The position numbers and the translations under genes are program-made. Positions 42,889 through 49,373 of a stretch of 49,373 bases of DNA are shown one piece after another; the stretch's first letter is position 1; each line of letters opens with the position of its first letter. This DNA is from Candidatus Roizmanbacteria bacterium (lineage in GTDB: Bacteria; Patescibacteriota; Microgenomatia; UBA1406; GWC2-37-13). Below the pieces are notes generated by a model. The model saw only the letters and a list, made by a program, of their open reading frames with translations. It was not told the origin of the DNA and made no database searches. The stretch covers positions 1-49,373 of the forward strand of contig JBAXPW010000001.1 of NCBI GenBank assembly GCA_037132015.1, given 5' to 3'.

Positions 42889-43961
42889 TATGTCAAAACA
42901 TTTTGTGCATTGAGAGGTAAAAAAAATTGGGTCTCAATATCACGTTTTGTTTTTTGACAATATGACGCCTTGTGTATTTTATCAGGATTGTTTTTCGCAA
43001 ACTGTTCAAACTCAATAGGTTTGTTACAGAGACGAAGATGATCTATAACATCATCGAGAATAAGTGTTGGGAATGCAAGAAGTTTATCAATACCAATAAG
43101 ACCAGATGCTTGAAGGACTTCATACGGGGTTCTCCCATTCATACCAATGCCTGAATGAGAGCGGGTATGGTTCCAATAATAGGAATAGTTAGAGGCCTCC
43201 TGTATGAATGTTTCTTTCGTACCCATATACTCACCACGAGGAATATAGAGTTCTTCATCATCAGTGAGATGAGATCTCTCAATGAGATTTTTACGAATAT
43301 CAAAATTGGGATTGTATGAGTAAATATATGTTTGAATGGTACTTAAAAGATCATTCCATTCATCTTCTTTCTTTTGTGATCCTGAACAAAATTCACTTCC
43401 ATTATCTATTCCCATTTTGATTACCTCATAATGAGCAACTAATGTGGCTCGTATGTACTGTATTACAAACATGAGAAATCGTTGCCCAAATTCTGCAGAT
43501 AGATTGTATGAATATGCAATAAACCTGAATCTGCTACGGGCATCTATAATGTTCCATTCATACTTTGGTATCTCTCGCCCTGATAGCAACTGGTATATTG
43601 AATCTGGCAAAGCATGTTTATCCAATATATGTTTTACATCATAGTGCATCATGCTAAAGCAACTAATTGCTCTGTAGTCGTACAAATGTCGTCTTTCTCC
43701 GTTGCTACTTCGTACATGTCGGAGTGTAAGATTATTCCGTTTATATATTCCTCTCATTTTACTCGGTGTTAGTGAATGGTATATGCTTTCTTTTTCAGGA
43801 TGTTTCCGTTTCACTAGTGTACTCATTCGTGCTACTCCTACTTTTAGTTTTGGCTCCTGAAACAAACCAACTATATATGCTTCCTGCTCCTTACTTGCTG
43901 TCCGTTTGTTGCTTTTTGGTCTTCTACTACTATTTAGAACTCCTTTGTATTTCGATGGCAT
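42861..43961 (-). CDS. DDE (rve-type) transposase catalytic domain, IS30-like
   Basis: MHYDVKHI (first Asp), GIDNGSEF (second Asp), and NLIERSH...LYIPRG, which resembles the IS30 NENxNGLLRQYFPKG region. Confidence 0.75.
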   Translation of the reverse strand: MPSKYKGVLNSSRRPKSNKRTASKEQEAYIVGLFQEPKLKVGVARMSTLVKRKHPEKESIYHSLTPSKMRGIYKRNNLTLRHVRSSNGERRHLYDYRAISCFSMMHYDVKHILDKHALPDSIYQLLSGREIPKYEWNIIDARSRFRFIAYSYNLSAEFGQRFLMFVIQYIRATLVAHYEVIKMGIDNGSEFCSGSQKKEDEWNDLLSTIQTYIYSYNPNFDIRKNLIERSHLTDDEELYIPRGEYMGTKETFIQEASNYSYYWNHTRSHSGIGMNGRTPYEVLQASGLIGIDKLLAFPTLILDDVIDHLRLCNKPIEFEQFAKNNPDKIHKASYCQKTKRDIETQFFLPLNAQNVLTYYPSSGRID

Positions 43962-44122
43962 CCAAATGCTTTTGCTACCTGTACTATCGGAACTCTATCT
44001 TTTCTTACTGCTCTGACAATCCGTATCTTTGTCGTTAGCTCTTCCTTTTTTATTTGCTGTTTGTACGTCATAACTTCTTTTGTTATTATTGGGTTAAAGG
44101 TAGGGAACGGTTTTTGTTTCAT
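43934..44122 (-). CDS. Transposase N-terminal helix-turn-helix fragment
   Basis: VQVAKAFGCHRNT resembles the IS30 HTH (IAKALGRHRST). It overlaps the catalytic ORF by 28 nt, and that ORF lies in the -1 frame. Confidence 0.6.
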   Translation of the reverse strand: MKQKPFPTFNPIITKEVMTYKQQIKKEELTTKIRIVRAVRKDRVPIVQVAKAFGCHRNTKEF

Positions 44123-44389
44123 GGTAAAAACATATTACCGTTTTTCCCTGCCTTTTTTTTGTCGAATTTTCTCTAAAACTTCCTGCACCGGTTTTATATA
44201 CTTCTGCACATTATGTATTGTACCTTCTACACAAAAAGTTTTTTTAATTTGCACATTGTTATTCTATTTGTTAAAATAACATATCAATGAAAAATAATTC
44301 AATTTTCTGCTGTTGTTGTACGTGCTAAGGAGAAACTCTTCGTTCTCCAGATAACTTCCGTCATATTATACTATTTTCCAAAACTAATC

Positions 44390-45778
44390 ATGGATACAAC
44401 AAATACATCAGCTCGCCATCACACTTCGCTAATCGTACAAAACTATATTTACAATGTTCAAACTCATCATCCCGAAATCATCCGAAATCTCACAGATTTA
44501 TATCAGTCAAATAATCTTTTTTCAGATCTCAAAACATATTCCCAACCGTGGACATATACTGATTATCAACGCAATCATGCACTCGAACAACTCGAACGAA
44601 TTTCAAAAAATTATCCTGTTCCATCAGCATTACAAGAAAAAATTACTTTTGGACTTTCCTTAGATACAACACAATTTAGTTCAGTTGATGAATTACACAG
44701 AGAGTTAGATATATTTATAAAAAATATAAAAAAACCACAAAAAAATCCTGAACAAAAAAATATAATAACCACCATTGGAAGTATTCCACTCGTACCAGTT
44801 CACCAATCAAATAGTTCAGCTATTTTTGATCCTTATCTTGATGGAAAAATAGAATCATTATCCACACTTGATGTAACATACAATCATGGTCTCAGTATTA
44901 AAGATGTGATAGCTCGACAGATGATAGAAGATGCACTTGAAAATAGAGAAATAGATGAAACAACAACCATTGTAGAAGCAACCTCAGGAAATACAGGTGC
45001 TGGATTAGCAATCATTGCTTCACTCTATGGCCTTCCACTCATACTGGTAATCCCTGATAAAATTAGTATGGAACGTATTGAACGTCTAAGAAACATGGGA
45101 GCTCATACCATCATCGCACCTACAAAAGTCAATTTTGATGATCCGAGAAGCTATTATGCAATACGAGATTACCTCGCACAAAAACAAAACTTTTGGACTC
45201 CTCAACAATACGATAATTTGTCTAATAGTAAGGCACATGAATTATACACGGGTCCTCAAATTTGGGAAGAATCAAACGGAGAAATAACAGCAGTCATCGC
45301 AACAGTAGGAACAGGGGGAACCATCTCTGGGATTGGGAAATTTCTCAAACAAAAAAATCCAAATATAAAAATAATTGGAGTTGATCCAATCGGCAGTATT
45401 TTATATCTTCTCAAAGAAGGAAAAAAACTAAAGGATGTGCAACATCTTGCACACTCCTATGACATCCAAGGATTTGGCGAAGATATTCAACCAAAAAATA
45501 TCAACTTCGATATCATTGATTCATTTATCAGAATAAGCGACGCAGAAGGATTTGCAATGACAAGATTATTACCTGCTCTTGGATTTTTACAAGGACAATC
45601 ATCAGGAGCATCGTATGTAGGAGTATTGAAAGCTATCGAACAAGGACTTTTAACAAAGACAGATAAAGCCATTGTGATTTTTCCTGATACTGCAGTTCCT
45701 TATCGCACTGATGTTTTTAATGATGAATGGATGCGCACTAAAAATTACCCTCCGATTCTGCGGGCAAGCGAAATATGA
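44390..45778 (+). CDS. PLP-dependent cysteine synthase / cystathionine beta-synthase family enzyme with an N-terminal extension of about 130 aa
   Basis: Fold-type II motifs: candidate PLP-Lys in NHGLSIKDV, TSGNTGAGLAIIA, and GTGGTISG. There are no C-terminal CBS domains. Confidence 0.8.
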   Translation: MDTTNTSARHHTSLIVQNYIYNVQTHHPEIIRNLTDLYQSNNLFSDLKTYSQPWTYTDYQRNHALEQLERISKNYPVPSALQEKITFGLSLDTTQFSSVDELHRELDIFIKNIKKPQKNPEQKNIITTIGSIPLVPVHQSNSSAIFDPYLDGKIESLSTLDVTYNHGLSIKDVIARQMIEDALENREIDETTTIVEATSGNTGAGLAIIASLYGLPLILVIPDKISMERIERLRNMGAHTIIAPTKVNFDDPRSYYAIRDYLAQKQNFWTPQQYDNLSNSKAHELYTGPQIWEESNGEITAVIATVGTGGTISGIGKFLKQKNPNIKIIGVDPIGSILYLLKEGKKLKDVQHLAHSYDIQGFGEDIQPKNINFDIIDSFIRISDAEGFAMTRLLPALGFLQGQSSGASYVGVLKAIEQGLLTKTDKAIVIFPDTAVPYRTDVFNDEWMRTKNYPPILRASEI

Positions 45779-45787
45779 AAGACAGAA

Positions 45788-45834
45788 CTCGCCCTAACCC
45801 TCTCCTTAGTAAGGAGAGGGAATCAAAGGGTGAG
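45788..45834 (+). repeat. Nested hairpin element, copy 1 (CTCGCCCT AA CCCTCTCC TTAGTAA GGAGAGGG AATCAA AGGGTGAG)
   Basis: Inner 8-bp perfect stem and an outer 8-bp stem with one G-T pair. Lies 10 nt after the stop at 45778. Copy 2 is at 47049-47093. Confidence 0.85.
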
Positions 45835-45855
45835 GTAAATTATAAATTATCAATA

Positions 45856-45887
45856 AGCTAAACAGCTATACAGCTGAATAGCTAAAT
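45856..45887. repeat. Four 8-bp units (AGCTAAAC AGCTATAC AGCTGAAT AGCTAAAT)
   Basis: Read directly. The reverse complement resembles the AGCTGTTTAG units of the 25716-25777 tandem array. Confidence 0.8.
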
Positions 45888-45900
45888 CCTATTTAATCCT

Positions 45901-47037
45901 ATGAGCGGTTTTACAACAAAAACTTTACACACTGGTTACAAAAGAAACAAACACGATGGTGCAGTTATTCCACCATTACACCTTACCACAACGTTTGAGT
46001 TTGGAAACGAAGGGGGATTTGATTATTCACGCACTGTAAATCCCACTCGTATTTTACTCGAAGAAACAATATCAGCACTTGATGAGAACAAATATGGATT
46101 AGCATATTCATCAGGATCATCCGCCCTTGCAAACATAGTCGCACTTCTTAAACCAGGAGAAAACATTCTATTTTCAACCGATGCATACGGAGGAACCTAT
46201 CGCTTTATCGTGAATGTTGCAGGAAAACAGGGGATAGGGTATGAAATAGTTGATCTTACCGATCTAAAAAAAACTGAAGAAGTTCTCAAAAAAAATTCAG
46301 TAAAAATTGTATGGGTCGAAACTCCAACAAATCCATTATTAAAAGTTACTGACATAAAGGAACTTGCAACGTTAGTTCATTCATATAATGCACTGCTTGT
46401 AGTCGATAATACGTTTGCCACGCCATTTATACAACAGCCTGCCACGCTTGGAGCAGATATCGTCGCATACTCAACAACAAAATACATCAACGGACATAGT
46501 GATTCAGTAGGAGGTGCTCTCACGCTTTCTGATACCGAATTATACAAACAACTCAAATTTCTGCAAAATGCAATCGGCGCAATCCTATCACCTTTTGATT
46601 CATGGTTGACGCTTCGAGGACTCCGAACTCTTGAACTTCGTATGCTTCGACATTGTGAAAATGGAAAATATATTGCAAACTTTTTAGTCAATCATCCTAA
46701 AGTAAAACAAGTATGGTACCCAGGTCTGTTCACAGGATCTCAAGGAGCTATAGTAAAAAAACAGATGAAATTTGCAGGAGGCATGTTGTCTGTTGAATTA
46801 AAACCAGAATACGATGTACAAAAGTTTATACAAGGCCTCCACTACTTTCCATTAGCTGAAAGTTTGGGTGGAGTTGAATCACTCATAGATCATCCTGCAA
46901 CAATGACTCATGGATCAATACCAAAAATAGAACGAGAAAAAATAGGGCTAACAGATGGTCTGTTCCGCATCTCTGTAGGTATAGAAAATAAGGAAGATTT
47001 AATACAAGATTTGAAACTAGCTCTCAAAAAGGCGTAA
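45901..47037 (+). CDS. Cystathionine gamma-lyase/gamma-synthase family (Cys/Met-metabolism PLP enzyme)
   Basis: 378 aa. PLP-Lys motif STTKYINGHSD and the family-typical N-terminus (TKTLHTGY...PPLHLTTTF). Confidence 0.9.
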   Translation: MSGFTTKTLHTGYKRNKHDGAVIPPLHLTTTFEFGNEGGFDYSRTVNPTRILLEETISALDENKYGLAYSSGSSALANIVALLKPGENILFSTDAYGGTYRFIVNVAGKQGIGYEIVDLTDLKKTEEVLKKNSVKIVWVETPTNPLLKVTDIKELATLVHSYNALLVVDNTFATPFIQQPATLGADIVAYSTTKYINGHSDSVGGALTLSDTELYKQLKFLQNAIGAILSPFDSWLTLRGLRTLELRMLRHCENGKYIANFLVNHPKVKQVWYPGLFTGSQGAIVKKQMKFAGGMLSVELKPEYDVQKFIQGLHYFPLAESLGGVESLIDHPATMTHGSIPKIEREKIGLTDGLFRISVGIENKEDLIQDLKLALKKA

Positions 47038-47048
47038 ATTATTTTACA

Positions 47049-47093
47049 TCACCCTAACCCTCTCCCAAAAAAGGAGAGGGAATTATAGGGTGA
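47049..47093 (+). repeat. Nested hairpin element, copy 2 (TCACCCT AA CCCTCTCC CAAAAAA GGAGAGGG AATTAT AGGGTGA)
   Basis: Same stems as copy 1 with different loops. Lies 12 nt after the stop at 47037. Confidence 0.85.
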
Positions 47094-47110
47094 GGTAACT
47101 TGAAACTTTT

Positions 47111-47138
47111 GACTTTGGACTTTAGACTTTAGACTCTG
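47111..47138. repeat. Four 7-bp units (GACTTTG GACTTTA GACTTTA GACTCTG)
   Basis: Read directly. The reverse complement (TAAAGTC) belongs to the same family as the arrays at 2628-2704. Confidence 0.85.
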
Positions 47139-47144
47139 TATAAT
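47115..47144 (+). promoter_or_regulatory. Candidate promoter: -35 TTGGAC, 18-nt spacer, -10 TATAAT (47139-47144), with ATG 7 nt downstream
   Basis: Read directly. There is no SD-like sequence before ATG 47152, which suggests a leaderless or very short-leader mRNA. Confidence 0.3.
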
Positions 47145-47151
47145 TATCTCC

Positions 47152-48264
47152 ATGAGTCTCAAACTAAAGCGATGGCTTAACCTCGCCCTGTACGCAACAT
47201 TTATTCTATTTTTGATATATGTATTTTATATTTCATGGTCGCAATTGACATGGTTTATTTTTGGAGCAATTCTCGCATATGCAGGATACCCATTTGTAAA
47301 AATAATTGAGCAATATCTCAAACGATATAAAGTCAATCACACCTTGGGAAAAACAATCGGGATAATGATATTTTACATCATCATAATAACATGTATTTAT
47401 CAACTTTTTACCAATCTTGGAGGAGTGATTATCACTCAAATAAATAGACTTATTTCACAACTAAGCGATACGGCTCCCACACTTGAAGGATATCTGAGAG
47501 AATCACAAAAATTCATACCAATTAAATTTAATCCTGATGAAGTGGTGCGTTTTGGATTAACAAAAATTCAAGATACCGTTGGATTAGCGTCTACATTTGC
47601 ATTTGGTACAGTGGCATCAGCCGCATCATTTGTCTTATCAATTATATTTTTACCATTCTGGATATTTTTTCTTTTATTTGAATCCGAAAGTATCATACAA
47701 ACCTGTATGAACCTCATACCCGAACGCTTCCGAACCGATATCAGAATTATAGGGCATATCACAGATTCTATTTTAAAAAAATATCTCATTGGACAGGTTC
47801 TCATCTGTAGTATTATTGGCGCTGTTACATGGATATGGTTTTCTGCTATTGGATTGCCTTATGCGCTCATACTTGGAATTGTTACTGCAATTCTCATGCT
47901 TATTCCTGTTCTAGGAGGAGTACTCGCTTGGATTTTAGCACTCTTAACAGCACTACCATCGGGAACAAATATGATGTTATTAGTCTCACTCATTACTTTT
48001 GTTATTCAGCAGATTGCAATGAGTATACTCATTCCCCGTATTCAAGGAAAAGTAGTCAATTTGCCCATTTGGCTTACCCTTCTCATTGTTGGCATTTCTA
48101 ATATTTTAGGTGGTATTATCGGTATGATTATTGGGCTTCCACTGATTGCCGTCTTGATGACAATTGTTTATTATATACATCTTAGATTATTACCAGAAAG
48201 TGAAAGTCCAACCATGATTCACGAAAAAGTAACCCGCGAACAAATAGAATTTAAACAATTTTAA
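47152..48264 (+). CDS. AI-2E family transporter (PerM/UPF0118)
   Basis: 370 aa with about 8 TM segments. The conserved C-terminal region (LIPVLGGVLAWILALL ... IPRIQGKVVNLP) is typical of the family. Confidence 0.8.
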   Translation: MSLKLKRWLNLALYATFILFLIYVFYISWSQLTWFIFGAILAYAGYPFVKIIEQYLKRYKVNHTLGKTIGIMIFYIIIITCIYQLFTNLGGVIITQINRLISQLSDTAPTLEGYLRESQKFIPIKFNPDEVVRFGLTKIQDTVGLASTFAFGTVASAASFVLSIIFLPFWIFFLLFESESIIQTCMNLIPERFRTDIRIIGHITDSILKKYLIGQVLICSIIGAVTWIWFSAIGLPYALILGIVTAILMLIPVLGGVLAWILALLTALPSGTNMMLLVSLITFVIQQIAMSILIPRIQGKVVNLPIWLTLLIVGISNILGGIIGMIIGLPLIAVLMTIVYYIHLRLLPESESPTMIHEKVTREQIEFKQF

Positions 48265-48265
48265 T

Positions 48266-49264
48266 ATGACTATCACTACCCTAGAACATCAACTCGCACA
48301 TCATAAACAATTTCTACAAATCCTTTCACAGATTGATCTTATTCTCCAATCAATGAACTATTCAAAAATTATGACACCTCTTTTATCACCCGTTCTTATC
48401 GCAGAATCATATCTTGAAGTATATGAATCCCAATTTATTTCAATGGGAAATAAACAAAAACAGTATCTTATTCCTTCAACAGAATTATTTCTCAAACGTC
48501 TTATCGCAAAAGGAATTGGAAATTGTTATAGTCTTGAGAAAAATTTTAGAAACAGCGAACCAAATACTACACGCCACTCACCAGAATTTATGATGTTGGA
48601 AATGTATAAGGTAAATGCGGATTATATGGAAGTAGCAGAAGATGTGCTCGCTCTTTTTCAATCGCTCGCACACTTTTTATACAATAAAAATGAAATTACC
48701 TTTCATGATAAAACCATCTCATTTGATGGTTGGGAAAAAATCACCGTAACAGAAGCGTTCGATAAACATGCAGGAATAAAAAATATAGTGGATGAACATT
48801 CTCTCAGAGATCAAGCAAAAATTAAAGGATATACCACTGATGGCTTCACCTATTCTGAAATGTGGTCGCAGATCTATGCACAAGAAGTAGAGCCTCATCT
48901 CGGCACAAATGGAAAACCTACGATCATTTATGAATATCCAAAGGAACTTGGTGCAACTGCACAGATTAATACAGAAAAGGGAGTTGCAGAACGACTTGAG
49001 ATATATATTGATGGTGTAGAGATTGGTAACTGTGGTAATTCTGCACAAGAAGGAGTAGATTGGAATGATATGGAACAACGTTTTTTGAAAGAAGAGGTAC
49101 TTCGTAAAGAATTAGGAAAAGTCGACCATCCTCCTGATCGTGAATTTATCTCAATACTCAAATCTATGCCAAAAACTGCAGGAATCGCAATTGGAGTTGA
49201 GCGCCTTGTCATGATCCTCCTCAATCTTCAAAGCATTCAAGAATTACAAATTATTAGAGTTTAA
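48266..49264 (+). CDS. epmA: EF-P--(R)-beta-lysine ligase (EpmA/GenX/PoxA-like class II aaRS paralog lacking an anticodon-binding domain)
   Basis: Class II motifs align with EpmA: FRNSEPNTTRHSPEFMMLEMY (motif 2), VAERLEIYIDGVEIGNCGN, and GIAIGVERLVMILL (motif 3). The length of about 330 aa fits. Confidence 0.8.
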   Translation: MTITTLEHQLAHHKQFLQILSQIDLILQSMNYSKIMTPLLSPVLIAESYLEVYESQFISMGNKQKQYLIPSTELFLKRLIAKGIGNCYSLEKNFRNSEPNTTRHSPEFMMLEMYKVNADYMEVAEDVLALFQSLAHFLYNKNEITFHDKTISFDGWEKITVTEAFDKHAGIKNIVDEHSLRDQAKIKGYTTDGFTYSEMWSQIYAQEVEPHLGTNGKPTIIYEYPKELGATAQINTEKGVAERLEIYIDGVEIGNCGNSAQEGVDWNDMEQRFLKEEVLRKELGKVDHPPDREFISILKSMPKTAGIAIGVERLVMILLNLQSIQELQIIRV

Positions 49265-49325
49265 ATTATTAATATTTTAATTTAATTGTATGACTATTCA
49301 ACCTTCAACTAATAACACTTGTCAA

Positions 49326-49346
49326 ACCGAAATGAAAATGTCATAC
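49326..49346. repeat. Inverted partner of the 5-25 motif (ACCGAAATGAAAATGTCATAC)
   Basis: Exact reverse complement of 5-25. Confidence 0.9.
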
Positions 49347-49373
49347 ATCAAACTATATCAAAACTAAATAATT

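Larger units (their letters stand above)
42861..44122 (-). mobile_element. IS30-like insertion sequence core (HTH ORF plus DDE/rve ORF in the -1 frame); ends not resolved
   Basis: See the two CDS entries below. The terminal inverted repeats could not be identified with confidence by eye. Confidence 0.6.

Noticed and set aside
1-49373. The whole window being a discrete mobile element or plasmid bounded by terminal inverted repeats
   Set aside because: The shared sequence is only 21 bp and does not extend to the ends. The content is ordinary chromosomal housekeeping (dnaB, ahcY, yebC, lgt, epmA, tRNA-Leu), with no replication-initiator, partition, conjugation or phage structural genes.

Overview
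This is a visibly AT-rich, gene-dense bacterial chromosomal fragment. It carries about 50 protein genes and one tRNA-Leu(CAA), with no rRNA and no CRISPR array. The gene content suggests a Candidate Phyla Radiation / Patescibacteria-like genome, which is an inference rather than a demonstrated placement. The supporting genes are a four-helix-bundle IVS-type protein, a roughly 1,660-aa DUF2341/LamG surface protein, a membrane-anchored MurF-like ligase next to a FemAB-like transferase, and many small membrane proteins. Recognisable modules, in order:
- dnaB.
- A PAP2 phosphatase and a secreted M4 metalloprotease.
- A glycosylation cluster with a GT-C membrane protein, an FkbM methyltransferase, a SAM methyltransferase, a GT4 and a HAD hydrolase.
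- lgt, a DksA-like protein and a Kef-type antiporter.
- A PfkB kinase next to ahcY, and yebC.
- A hydrolase / MurF-like / DegT / FemX operon, then the giant LamG protein.
- A DnaQ-exonuclease/GIY-YIG fusion.
- A metal cluster with DsbA, MntH, YibE/F and a COG0523 GTPase.
- An IS30-like transposase split by a frameshift.
- A CBS/CysK-like enzyme followed by cystathionine gamma-lyase, an AI-2E transporter and EpmA.

The main target is a 1.24-kb ORF-free region (24945-26181) between convergent genes. It contains a DnaA-box cluster, a 10-8-10 palindrome, alternative hairpins, three roughly 75-nt units ending in the same 16-mer, and a 15-bp x4 tandem array. A second theme is a dispersed family of 7-8-bp-periodic intergenic arrays. 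Two of them flank the four-helix-bundle gene as inverted arms. Others sit beside a twice-repeated nested hairpin that brackets the cystathionine gamma-lyase gene. The two ends of the window share a perfect 21-bp inverted repeat. All functional calls come from motif reading of the supplied translations; no database search was run.
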